64,000 nucleotides of DNA from Porphyridium purpureum (Eukaryota), in assembly GCA_008690995.1 (NCBI GenBank), contig VRMN01000005.1, positions 1 to 64,000 on the forward strand, read 5' to 3'. The position numbers and the translations under genes are program-made. Below the pieces are notes generated by a model that did not search any database, was not told the origin of the DNA, and worked only from the letters and a program-made list of their open reading frames with translations. Of the stretch, positions 10,798-20,471 are shown in pieces (positions within the stretch are counted from its first letter, which is position 1; the number at the start of each line of letters is the position of its first letter).

Positions 10798-11808
10798 TTA
10801 TTGTGCAATAATAGAATGGCCCTGGAAGAACAGGCGCACGGCTCGCGCAACCGCGGCTGGCTGTTCGTGAAGTACGAGAAGTCCGGCATGCGGCACTTCC
10901 ACCACAGAGGTGTACTGTCGGCTCAGCAGCTGGCGGGCCGCGTCCACCTGTTCGACTGCTGTGTAGCATTCCTTTCCGACAATGATCAGTACACTGGTGT
11001 GGCTCAAGGCGCCACCCACGAGTCGAGCATCGGCGAGAAGGTCAGTGCGCACTGCATCTGCATATACCAGCCGAAGCACATTTGCCACTGACATTCGATC
11101 CAGCGTCTGGCTGAACAGTCGTACCTGTTCTGCTCTTTGCTCGCGAAACGTGTCCGAAAACCATCTAGCGAGAAAATAATTGTGCGCCCATTGTGGCCAA
11201 GCCGTGATTCCTTTGAGCCAGTAATTCACCATCATTCTCGTGTACATAATATCGGTGACACCTGCGCTTTGCAGGGTCGGTGATATCAGGATAATGGAAC
11301 GCACATCGTGCGCATGGGCAAGTGCATGTCGAAACATGACGTTCGCCCCAGTTCCGACACCCAGAAGGAAGTAGTTTTTGAGGCCATAGTGACTTACCAC
11401 GTGCGCAACACTTGCTGCGAGGTCGTCGAGCGTGATCCATTCTTGTTCTTCGGCAATATCACCTGCGCGTAGCTCGTGCCCGGGTGCCTCCAAGTGGTAA
11501 TGGCAAGTCTGATACAATTCTTCGCACACACCAGCTGAACAAAACTGCAGAAAGGCCGTAAAAGTGGACGCGGCATTCAGACCTATGTCGTGAAAAGTTA
11601 GGAGCGCCGGCTTGGACTCATCACCGTGCACCGACACCCGCAATCCGGCGATGTGTTCCGCGCGCACAAACGTGCCCGGCAGGTTGCTCACGCATCCGTC
11701 TTCGCCCTCGATCACCAGGTCTCGCAAACTCTCTACAGATTCCCCCGGCAAAAGGCTAGAGCCGATCGCTCTTAGCCCCTCTTCAACGCCCTCGACATCC
11801 CCATCCAT
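10798..11808 (-). CDS. NDRG/NDL-family alpha/beta-hydrolase-fold protein
   Basis: KPALLTFHDIGLN, HLEAPGHE, LGVGTGANV and GLLVLHEQP motifs of the Ndr family. Confidence 0.88.
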   Translation of the reverse strand: MDGDVEGVEEGLRAIGSSLLPGESVESLRDLVIEGEDGCVSNLPGTFVRAEHIAGLRVSVHGDESKPALLTFHDIGLNAASTFTAFLQFCSAGVCEELYQTCHYHLEAPGHELRAGDIAEEQEWITLDDLAASVAHVVSHYGLKNYFLLGVGTGANVMFRHALAHAHDVRSIILISPTLQSAGVTDIMYTRMMVNYWLKGITAWPQWAHNYFLARWFSDTFREQRAEQVRLFSQTLDRMSVANVLRLVYADAVRTDLLADARLVGGALSHTSVLIIVGKECYTAVEQVDAARQLLSRQYTSVVEVPHAGLLVLHEQPAAVARAVRLFFQGHSIIAQ

Positions 11809-11922
11809 TGTTGGTCCCCGACCGTATTGGACAAAGAAACGTCGCCTCCCGCACTTTGTCCGTGAGCGTTTCCCCGAACACCGGCGAAGCGTTTACCACT
11901 CGATGGGTGCCGGCGGCAGTGC

Positions 11923-12699
11923 ATGATGCGGCGGCGGGGCAAGTGGCTGGAGGGTTTTGGCCTGTTTTGGAAGAACCGCCGATGCAACCCAAGCCACAGT
12001 ACTGGCCAGGGCAACAGGCACAGAAAGATGAGTCGAGACGTCAGAGACACATCGCTGGCCCTCGTCACGACGTTGGACGTGGTGGATTTTGACGGCACGC
12101 TGGTGTGGACGCCCGGTCCAGAAGACGGCCGCAACCTGTATCAATCGTGCACGGGAGTTCCATTCCCATGGAGCGGGTGGTGGGGTCGCCCAGAGTCGCT
12201 GCGGCCCCCGCTTGTACCTTCTCCGGCGCCGCGCGACATGCTGAATGACGAGCTTGCTCAGCGGCTGCGTGCGTCGTGGAAGGATCCAACACATTTTAGC
12301 ATTGTGCTCACCGGCCGTGTCGAAAAATTGCGCGCCGATGTGGAGCGCATACTGACAGATCTCGACATGGGCTTTCTGTGCGGCGAGGATAGGCTGTTCA
12401 TGAAACGCGGTAGCGACGACGTGCTGCGGTTCAAGAGCAACTTGCTCCTCAGTCTCGTTCTCGGCGACGTGGCGGCGCTGAACCTGAGCGGCGTGAAGAA
12501 GCTGGTTTTGTGGGACGATCGCATCGACCAAGTCCGCGGCTTTGACGAGCTTCTTCGGCCGAGATTGGAGGCGCGTGGCATTGATGTGGATTTTTATCAT
12601 GTATCAAAGGAAACAGGCTGCACACCGTTTCCGCCGCGGACCGACGAGACGCCTGTAGGTGCACGCTCTGGGAGTTTGGGTTCTTCGATTGAACGATGA
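11923..12699 (+). CDS. HAD-superfamily phosphatase (Swiss-Army-Knife RNA-repair-like HAD, HAD_SAK_1)
   Basis: DFDGTL..TP.P motif I, WW.RPESL, LTGR, WDDR motif IV. True start may be the ATG at 12028. Confidence 0.75.
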   Translation: MMRRRGKWLEGFGLFWKNRRCNPSHSTGQGNRHRKMSRDVRDTSLALVTTLDVVDFDGTLVWTPGPEDGRNLYQSCTGVPFPWSGWWGRPESLRPPLVPSPAPRDMLNDELAQRLRASWKDPTHFSIVLTGRVEKLRADVERILTDLDMGFLCGEDRLFMKRGSDDVLRFKSNLLLSLVLGDVAALNLSGVKKLVLWDDRIDQVRGFDELLRPRLEARGIDVDFYHVSKETGCTPFPPRTDETPVGARSGSLGSSIER

Positions 12700-12827
12700 T
12701 GACGACATTTTGGTCTGCATGAATTGCACGCGGCACAAGCACACAGAGGTCCGAAGGTCAATGCCGTCACTTTACAGTGCAAGTATTCTGGATCGCACCT
12801 AACTGTCAAATGTAAATCAAAGCCATC

Positions 12828-14537
12828 TCACACGGATTTGCTTCCCACGGTCGGTATTCGAAGTCCCAATCTCACTCGCAGAAAGTCGATCATTTGGCGG
12901 CGCGCACGTTCGTAGTCTATTCCGGCGAAGCTGGAGGCTCTTCGCATGGCTCCAAAGGTGCGGTCCAGAAACATGCTGCCAAATATGATGGCATAGAAAA
13001 AGTACCCCAGCATGCCTACTGTCACTGCGAGATCCAACACCACTCTCCGCCAAATGTGGAAGTATGCATGGATGAGCACGATCACAAGAAAGACGCTTTC
13101 GGCTTTTTCCTGAACCGCCGCCGGGTCGATCGCGAGATGGATTGCGACAACCAGGTCCAAGAAAATGGCAAATCCATGCGTCATTACCAGAAAGAGAAAC
13201 AGGGTCTCTTGGTCAACGCGCATGCGGTCCAGCACGTCTTGCTGATGGATCGCCGTGAGCAAGAAGCAGAGGCAGAATACCACAAACAAGTACCCGCTCA
13301 GCATGGTATGCACCTGGTTGGTCTGCAGCGTCGACATGTATTGGCGAGCATAGTGAAACAGCGAAAACGATGACACGAGCGGCAAAATCATCCCAAAATA
13401 AAAGAAGAGGCCCCGATAAAATGCCGAACGGCTAGCCTCTGGGACGACACGATCCACGCTTTCCGCAATCTCTACCGCTACCTTGTCATTGAACTCAGCA
13501 GCAGCTTCCAGTCCTTCGAGCATGGGTGAGATGACGCGAGAGGCCTTTCGGATACTCCCACGAAGCAAGGGCGACAAGTTCTGAAAGCGACGGTCAAGCC
13601 ACGTTTCAAAGAATGAATCCTCACGCAGCTTGATGACTAAATATTGGTACTGCTGCAGCAGGTTTTGATATGTCCTTGTCTTCTCTTCTACGGATTTGCC
13701 CGCCAACTGCTTTTCGCTGAGCACCTTCTTACCATGCTCCTCGAGCTCCGGAATCTGCAACCGAAGCGTGCGCACACGTTCTTCAGCTTGGAACTTCAGC
13801 TTGGCCTCCAACTCACGCCGATCAAATGTATTCTTGTACCTCTGCCTCATCACTTCCAAGTCTGCCTTTGTCTTTTCCACATTAGCCTGTAGGTTGGCGA
13901 CTTGTGCCTGGGTCGCATTGTACTCCTTGAGCTTCTGCAGTACTGCTGTTCGCAGATTTTCCAATGCGAGCTTATCCTCTTGTTCTGCCGCGACGGCCGC
14001 CCGGGCTCTCGCGGCTGCTGCCGCTTCTTCCGCTGCCAGCGCTTGCTCAGCAGAATCTCGCCGTGAATCTGCTCCACCGCCGATAAGATCGGAACCGTCA
14101 AGCAACCCTTGACCTGAGGTTTGCGACTTTTGCGCTCGATCCATTCCAGATCCAAACGAGGACGCATGTATGTTATCATGATTCTGTGCCTGTGCCGATG
14201 CTATTTGTTCCGTCAATATTCTTCTGTGATCCTCGTTCGTCCCGAAACTCCTGGTTGAAGTGCTGGGGTCCACTTGCCCAGCTGGCTCAGTCGCGCCGCC
14301 ACCTCTAGAGCCCTCTGGCGCGCCAACCGCTCCCCGTCGCCGCAATATATCATCAATCAAATGAGCCCCACCCCCTTGACTCCCACTGCCTCGGTCAAGA
14401 CTCCCAAAAGCCGGCGAGTAAGTCCCAGGGCCATCGGCGCCCACGACAGTTCGCACAGCGTGCGCACATAAAAGAACAAACATGGCGAGCCGCGCAGTTT
14501 TTGGACATAGCAGCCTGTGCCGCGAAAGCCGCATCAT
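12828..14537 (-). CDS. Hypothetical secretory-pathway protein: signal peptide, long coiled coil, about 5 C-terminal TM helices
   Basis: Long ORF with a hydrophobic N-terminal segment, heptad-rich middle and multi-TM C-terminus. No family recognised. Confidence 0.7.
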   Translation of the reverse strand: MMRLSRHRLLCPKTARLAMFVLLCAHAVRTVVGADGPGTYSPAFGSLDRGSGSQGGGAHLIDDILRRRGAVGAPEGSRGGGATEPAGQVDPSTSTRSFGTNEDHRRILTEQIASAQAQNHDNIHASSFGSGMDRAQKSQTSGQGLLDGSDLIGGGADSRRDSAEQALAAEEAAAAARARAAVAAEQEDKLALENLRTAVLQKLKEYNATQAQVANLQANVEKTKADLEVMRQRYKNTFDRRELEAKLKFQAEERVRTLRLQIPELEEHGKKVLSEKQLAGKSVEEKTRTYQNLLQQYQYLVIKLREDSFFETWLDRRFQNLSPLLRGSIRKASRVISPMLEGLEAAAEFNDKVAVEIAESVDRVVPEASRSAFYRGLFFYFGMILPLVSSFSLFHYARQYMSTLQTNQVHTMLSGYLFVVFCLCFLLTAIHQQDVLDRMRVDQETLFLFLVMTHGFAIFLDLVVAIHLAIDPAAVQEKAESVFLVIVLIHAYFHIWRRVVLDLAVTVGMLGYFFYAIIFGSMFLDRTFGAMRRASSFAGIDYERARRQMIDFLRVRLGLRIPTVGSKSV

Positions 14538-14823
14538 GGCCACTGTGCCTGAGCTTGCCCCACCCGTTCTAAACCCCGGTCTGCCGTTCGCACAGTCGCC
14601 ATGCACATCTGAACAAGCTTCAACCGCACACACATAAGCTTCACACGAGACGCGTTGACATGACCCTCCCTCGTTTACTAAACCAAGTTTGTGATAAAAT
14701 AACGCTTCCCTAGCAAGACATGACGCCGATTTGCGTCTGTGTCAACGCAAACGGTGATACGTAGCTCGCGGGGATGGCTTACGAGCGCGCACGGATAGAG
14801 CACTTGGTCGAATGCAGAGCAGT

Positions 14824-15201
14824 CTACGGCTTGGTCAGAAATGCGACGCCGACCAGAAATGCCAGGAGCGCAGCGAATGTGAGACCAAAGTGCTGCACAC
14901 TCTTGGGCGCCTGGTACACCATGTTGCGCATGGCCAGCTTGATGAACGAGTCCTTCTCCTGCGGCGGCGGCGCTGGGGTCTGTGCCTGTGCTTTAACAGC
15001 CTCTTCATCCGTGGACTTTTGCGCGCTTCGCACCACTCTCCTCGCCGTCGCATGGGCAACACTCACACGCCTCGTGCTCATCCTGTTCATCTTCATTGCC
15101 ATGCGCGATGTCGCCGCCACATCCTCTGTCTCGCGCGCTGACAACACGCCGTTCATCCTCACCGCCCATTGCCCGTAGGCAGGCGCTGTAAATGCCATCA
15201 T
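14824..15201 (-). CDS. Plastid-targeted small membrane protein with a cyanobacterial DUF3285-like domain
   Basis: MMAF.. transit-peptide start; C-terminus SFIKLAMRNMV....SVQHFGLT..LL.FLVG.AFLTK matches my recollection of DUF3285. Confidence 0.7.
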   Translation of the reverse strand: MMAFTAPAYGQWAVRMNGVLSARETEDVAATSRMAMKMNRMSTRRVSVAHATARRVVRSAQKSTDEEAVKAQAQTPAPPPQEKDSFIKLAMRNMVYQAPKSVQHFGLTFAALLAFLVGVAFLTKP

Positions 15202-15480
15202 TACTCGTCCGCTGAACCACCAGCCCTCTACCTCTACTGCTTCAGAGACAACCGGCGTCGCTCTTCCCTTTCCCACAACTCTCATCACCGCTTTTTTTCT
15301 TCACCAGTGAAATAACAACCAGCCACGCCCGGCCTTTCAAAAAGTGGAACGTGGGCGGGTGTACAGTAATAGGGTACAGTTTAAATTGGTTTGTTTTTTA
15401 AACATTAAGAATTTTGTGAAAGGAAGGAAGTGCGAGAGGGGAGAGGGCAGACGGAAGGGGAGAAAGGATGGTGAAGAGCA

Positions 15481-18400
15481 ATGGGGATAGAGGAGAGTGT
15501 GATTGCGGCGAGACTGCAGAACTTCTACGCGACTGGACAAGGACATGAAGAGCTTGTGAGTTTCCTAGATCACGCCGAAGCGCTGCCGTTTGCGCGCACA
15601 GTGCTGCTGCAGTTCTGCGCACCGCGTGCGCAGTTCGCTCAGACCGACTTGTACGCATTGTACTACGCGATCACAATCGTGCATCATGTGGTCGCACAAG
15701 ATATGCTGCTGCCTTCCGCGTCGGTCTCGGCGCTTGCTCAGCAGCGCTTTGAGCTTTTGCGCGAGCTGAGCGCCGCGCAGCGCGCCGCGTTGGTTTATGC
15801 AGGCCCGCAGGTTGAGTTCGTGCAGGCCGCGCGCCGAAAATTGGCGCATACCCTGGCAAAGATCGTCCAGCGCGACATTGTTCTACGCATGTCTGCGGAC
15901 GCGGCGAATTCCACGTGTCCTTTAATGGCGACTCTGGTGCAGCAGATATCAAGTGCATTCCAAATCGGCTTCGAGCAACTGCAGGCCCAGTGCGGCGATC
16001 CGGGAAGCACTCTGTTCAGTGCGGTATGCGCGATAGAGACACTCGGTGTATTTGTCAACACGGTTTTGCAGGAACAGTCTGACGGCACGAGTTCGGAGCT
16101 GCTGCACAGTCACAGAATGTGCATTAAGACCCTTATTCAGAGCGCAGAGCAAATGCACAGTCTAGCGTTATGCATGCAGCGCGGTGCTGATTTGTGCAGC
16201 CTCCTGAGACCAGCATATTCACGCAGCGAAGATTGGTTTGCGCTGTCACGCGTGGTGTCGATTCAAAAGGAATGCATACAGGCGTGCCAGCTCATTCTAC
16301 GTACCAGCGCGAACCGACTTCCGTCTCCGCACGTCGCCGTCGAGCTTGTGCAAACACTACGTAGCGTGGCGTCACTCGACCTCGACGAAAAGGAACTCGC
16401 GCTTTCAGCGCTGGGAGCGCTGTCGAGCATGTTCAACGACGGCTCTGCGTCGCTACTTCAGCTGCTTAGGGTACATGGAGTCACATTTGAAAGTTTACTG
16501 GGCGATTCGTTAACTCATATACGTCAAACTCTGAGCGCCGCATCCTCACGGAACCGTTGGTCCGACGAGGACTACTCAGCCACACTGCTGGAGTACGTAC
16601 AATCGCTCGTCGGAAAGCACATTGTGGTGCTCACAGTTCCCGCCAGTGCGGGCCTGCTGAACGATATTCTTGGACAGCTGCTTGAAGTTACCTTTGCGTC
16701 CAAAAATTCACCGAGGCTCCTCCCGAAACTGACGCGCTTCTGGGCAGAATTTGTGAAGCGTCTTGCGGAAGGAGACAAGGTCACGGAAAGCTTGAACCAG
16801 CCGAAGGCGTTTCTCAAGGACGGATTAATTCAATTGGCCAGTCATTTGGTCGGCATGGCGACATTTGCCGGGAATGCAGATGTTCTTCAGGGCCTGGAGG
16901 AATGGGGCGACGACGACGATGACGCAGAGGATGGCGACGGTGATGGCAACGATCGCAGGTATTGCATAACCCGAGCAGATGCCTCGGCAATGGACTGTGT
17001 GCGCCAGCTACATCGCCAGTTTGTGCCTGAGCTCCGCCACGAGGATCGCTCTGCGGATGACGAGGAGCAGCACGTCTACTCTGAGCGCAAGGAGTATATT
17101 TTCATGTGCATGTCAGTAATTGGCGAGGTGTGCAGTTTGTATCCCCAGGATGCCGCGGTGCCGGTGGCAATGTTGGTCAAAGACCGTCTGCTCCACATCG
17201 ACAGCATTGAGGCGCAGGACGTCACGACGTACTTGCGACTCGCATTGAGCGTTTCGTCGTTTCTCATGGTAGACTCGCCTGCCACGCGTGAACTGCTGCA
17301 GGTCATCGTAGAACGGGCCCTTGACTTGAATTCGCTCATGTCCAAAAGTAAGTTGCAGGTTCGCGTTTTGTTCAAAACGGTCGGCGCTTTGCTCAGGCTT
17401 TTGCTTTGTTTACCTGAGAACGTTTGTCAAGACGTAGTCTTGCGCCTCGTCGCAAGCCTGCGCTGGTGCATTCTGGATTCGGGGCGTGAGGACACGATCT
17501 TACCGGCTGCGAAGCTTTTGGCCGAAATCTGTAGTAAGCTACGATTGGGCTTGTTTCGTGACCAGCCGCCCATCAGCGCCAGTGAGTGGCTCCATCGGCG
17601 CGCTTCTGTCAATGATACTTATATCCGGCTGGAAACAGGACGCTACATCACTGCCACGGCAGAGCGCGCGCTGCTGTTTCCCAGCCAAGGTGTTAAAAGT
17701 AGCCAGGCACTGCCTCCGGAGGAGTGGGAACTCCGGGCAACCCGATTCCGTGAATTTTTGTCCACGATTCTTTCTGACTTTGTAGCACAGCTCGGCGCGT
17801 TGAAGGCAAGCGAGCAATTGTCATTGGACACGAATGCGATGCTGTGCGTTGAGGAAGGTGTCACGTTGATGCACACGATGGTGCTGGTCATGTATGGAGA
17901 GCTCAATACTCCGAGGGACGCGTTGTGGTTCTGCTGCCAGGACCTGATTGGAGCTCTTGTTTCAGACGTGCTGCCCCGCATCGTCCCGGTGCGTAGCATC
18001 GAGAGTGGCAGAATGTGTGGGCTTGTCGTCAGTATGGTATCGTCGGCCGACCAGTGCTTCCGAAAGCACATGCACCATGTCACGAAACGCTGCTGCACAG
18101 TGGTCATGACCAGCTTGAGCGGCATTTTGGCGGACGGATCAAGCGGGGCCTTGAGCAGCAGTACCGGAACCGACCAGGTTTGCCTCGCCATGCTCGAGTT
18201 TATGCGCGAGGTCTTGTCGCAGGGTAGTAGCGCGGATGTGGAGTGGCTTGTGCAGGGCTGCATCACGCTTTGCTCCCGCGCACTCACTTCGATATGGTTG
18301 CCGCAAATCAGTTATTCCGTGCAGCAGCCTCAGTCTCTGTCCGCGCAGAATCAGCACCTTGCAGAAGAGCTGGCTGTCAGCAGTTGTCGCGCCATTGGGG

Positions 18401-18960
18401 AGATCCTTGTGCGGCACTGGCTCTACCTTTTTTCGTCCACACACGTTTCTGTGGAGGCACTGCAGACGGCCTCTTCCGTTGTTGATGCATCCGCACGAGT
18501 GGACGAGTTTATGCTGCTAACGTCTGGATTGCTGTACGTGCTGGAACACGCGCAGGAAGCTCCTGTTATCCGTAGCGCGTTGCAGGCATTGCAGGAGGCA
18601 AATACCACGCGCCGACTGTATAGCCGACCTGTTTTTGCCGCGCAAATGCTGCGTGTCCAGTTTGAGGTGCGCGTGCTCATGTGCATGACCAGCGAAATGC
18701 ATCACGCTCTGCGTGACGACCTGCAGATGTGCCTGTTTGACATGGTGAGCTGTGACTGGCAGGAATTCCATGCCACTGTGCTCGGCTCGTTTTTCGAGAC
18801 CCCAGCGGCCGCTTTCCTGCTTCCGCTGCAGCGTGACTTGCTGCGCTCGGTTTTCTCGAATGAAGACTCACAGCAGGGTTTTCTGCAGGCCTGCAGGATC
18901 TTCTGCAACGACTTTGCATTCTATCGTAACGTCGTCAAGCGTGCTTCGCAATTGGCGTGA
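15481..18960 (+). CDS. XPO6: Importin-beta-family karyopherin, exportin-6-like
   Basis: 1159-aa HEAT-type protein. Segments resemble XPO6: F..N..VL..LE(acidic)..SE.KEY...C..VI..V..LYP, and C-terminal H..LRDDL...LFDM.S.DW..F and F.ND..FYR. Confidence 0.65.
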   Translation: MGIEESVIAARLQNFYATGQGHEELVSFLDHAEALPFARTVLLQFCAPRAQFAQTDLYALYYAITIVHHVVAQDMLLPSASVSALAQQRFELLRELSAAQRAALVYAGPQVEFVQAARRKLAHTLAKIVQRDIVLRMSADAANSTCPLMATLVQQISSAFQIGFEQLQAQCGDPGSTLFSAVCAIETLGVFVNTVLQEQSDGTSSELLHSHRMCIKTLIQSAEQMHSLALCMQRGADLCSLLRPAYSRSEDWFALSRVVSIQKECIQACQLILRTSANRLPSPHVAVELVQTLRSVASLDLDEKELALSALGALSSMFNDGSASLLQLLRVHGVTFESLLGDSLTHIRQTLSAASSRNRWSDEDYSATLLEYVQSLVGKHIVVLTVPASAGLLNDILGQLLEVTFASKNSPRLLPKLTRFWAEFVKRLAEGDKVTESLNQPKAFLKDGLIQLASHLVGMATFAGNADVLQGLEEWGDDDDDAEDGDGDGNDRRYCITRADASAMDCVRQLHRQFVPELRHEDRSADDEEQHVYSERKEYIFMCMSVIGEVCSLYPQDAAVPVAMLVKDRLLHIDSIEAQDVTTYLRLALSVSSFLMVDSPATRELLQVIVERALDLNSLMSKSKLQVRVLFKTVGALLRLLLCLPENVCQDVVLRLVASLRWCILDSGREDTILPAAKLLAEICSKLRLGLFRDQPPISASEWLHRRASVNDTYIRLETGRYITATAERALLFPSQGVKSSQALPPEEWELRATRFREFLSTILSDFVAQLGALKASEQLSLDTNAMLCVEEGVTLMHTMVLVMYGELNTPRDALWFCCQDLIGALVSDVLPRIVPVRSIESGRMCGLVVSMVSSADQCFRKHMHHVTKRCCTVVMTSLSGILADGSSGALSSSTGTDQVCLAMLEFMREVLSQGSSADVEWLVQGCITLCSRALTSIWLPQISYSVQQPQSLSAQNQHLAEELAVSSCRAIGEILVRHWLYLFSSTHVSVEALQTASSVVDASARVDEFMLLTSGLLYVLEHAQEAPVIRSALQALQEANTTRRLYSRPVFAAQMLRVQFEVRVLMCMTSEMHHALRDDLQMCLFDMVSCDWQEFHATVLGSFFETPAAAFLLPLQRDLLRSVFSNEDSQQGFLQACRIFCNDFAFYRNVVKRASQLA

Positions 18961-19350
18961 CCGGAAATGTACAATTCATGGTGTTAAATCAAACTTGATG
19001 TATACATACACTCTGCTCACCTGGACCATTGCTTACAAAGCAGACAGCGGCAGGGTGCCACGCGCGTGGCTGGCGGCCTGCCTGAGCGGCGTATGGCCAC
19101 TGCATCCTGCGTTGGTGTCCAGAACGCGCGCGATCAAACCAAAAAATGCGCGCGGTCCGTCCTCATCAGCGATTACTCCTGCGCGAAGATCGTCCGTTCA
19201 GGCTCAAGGCCTAGGAGGCATCGAGCCTTCCATGGAGACACACGAGCTGCTGCTGCATGCCTGAAGTGCGTCTTGTCGGCGCACGAGCGCCCAGAAGAGT
19301 GCCCTTGTTCTTCTTCCTCGGTGCTCGCGCGTGTGTGCGCGCGCCGCAAA

Positions 19351-19652
19351 CGTGGAAAGTTGCCCGTCCCACTCGTCGATGGGCGTGCGGAAGGGCGAGT
19401 GCGAACGTACCGGGACGTCGTGACGGGGATTCAGCGGGTGTAATGCGATGTGACTCGACTAGCGTCCCGCCGGATGCCGATGTGACGTGACTCGATGTGG
19501 TCAGATTGCATCAACAAGGACCCGGCGGGCGTCTATATAGTGGGTGCGGTCGCGCAGAGATGGCAGACGGATAAGCCTAGAAGAAAAGAGAGAAGGTAAG
19601 GGAAGGGGAATAGTAAAAGGGTTCTTCGTTGATCGTTAACAGAAAACCCACG
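19351..19652 (+). repeat. 5' LTR of outer element (CGTGG...CCACG)
   Basis: Identical by eye to 29915-30216. TATATA at 19534; 5-bp terminal inverted repeat. Confidence 0.97.
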
Positions 19653-19669
19653 TGGTATCATCGCCGGTT
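19653..19669 (+). other. Primer-binding site (tRNA-iMet type) of outer element
   Basis: TGGTATCATCGCCGGTT immediately after the LTR. TGGTATCA is complementary to the 3' end of eukaryotic initiator tRNA-Met. Confidence 0.85.
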
Positions 19670-19712
19670 CGGCGGGTGAGGAGCGGTAGTCTCTGGTGCG
19701 GGGCCTGTCGGG

Positions 19713-20453
19713 ATGGACGAGGAGACGGGGCCAGTTGTGAGGCCGGCGCGGCTCAGCCAGTTCGCGGGGCAGCGGAACCAGCGAGTGGTGATGAACTGGT
19801 TGTTCGAAGTGGAGACGAAGGTTCTGCCGTTCGCCAGCTCTGAGCGCGAAGGAGTCAACGTAGCCATGAGCTACTTGACGGATACTGCATTGCAGTGGTT
19901 GCGTGGCCTGCCGGTCCGTCCAGAGAATTGGGCCGGGTTTCGAACGGTGTTTATGGAACAGTTCTTGCCGGCGGACTACAAGCGTCGCGCGCGAGATGCG
20001 CTGCATGGATGGCGCCAGACGAGGGGCGTAGCGGTGTACGCGGCCGAGTTCAGGGACCTGGTCCTAGCGTGTGAGGACGTGGGTGCCGCGGAGGCGTTGG
20101 ACAAGTTCACGCGTGGACTTAAGCCCGCCATAGCGTTCGAAGTTATGAAGGAGAATCCAAGTAGCCTCGATGAGGCCTGCCGAGTTGCCCTTTGCGCGGA
20201 GGACGCATTCGTGGCGGCGCGTCGCGGTTCGCCATCATCCCAGGGTCTTGGGATCCACCATCGCTCAGGCCCGACGCGCGCTTTCGACGTGCCGTATGGA
20301 GAGAGCTCGGCACCAATGGAAATCGGGGCGCAGGCTATGGAGGTAACCTGTTACAACTGCGAGGAACGCGGGCACTTTGCGCGAGACTGCCCCAAGCCGC
20401 ACCGCGCGCGAGCGCAGGCGCAGCCGGGAAAAGGCGCCCCGCGCCGAGACTAG
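19713..20453 (+). CDS. gag: Gag of outer element (Ty3/Gypsy Retrotrans_gag type with PMEIG motif and CCHC knuckle)
   Basis: W..F...F...F, RRARD.L..RQ, KFTRGLKP, APMEIG, CYNCEERGHFARDC. Confidence 0.93.
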   Translation: MDEETGPVVRPARLSQFAGQRNQRVVMNWLFEVETKVLPFASSEREGVNVAMSYLTDTALQWLRGLPVRPENWAGFRTVFMEQFLPADYKRRARDALHGWRQTRGVAVYAAEFRDLVLACEDVGAAEALDKFTRGLKPAIAFEVMKENPSSLDEACRVALCAEDAFVAARRGSPSSQGLGIHHRSGPTRAFDVPYGESSAPMEIGAQAMEVTCYNCEERGHFARDCPKPHRARAQAQPGKGAPRRD

Positions 20454-20471
20454 GGCAGGTGTCGGCGCGGG
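20426..20471 (+). other. -1 programmed ribosomal frameshift signal (outer element)
   Basis: G_GGA_AAA heptamer in gag frame (20426-20432), 5-nt spacer, perfect 10-bp stem CCCGCGCCGA (20438-20447) / TCGGCGCGGG (20462-20471). pol is in the -1 frame. Confidence 0.85.

Noticed and set aside
19170..19345. Host gene disrupted by the outer element (minus-strand ORF across the reconstructed empty site)
   Set aside because: The joined ORF is only about 80 codons with no recognisable motif; the insertion appears intergenic.
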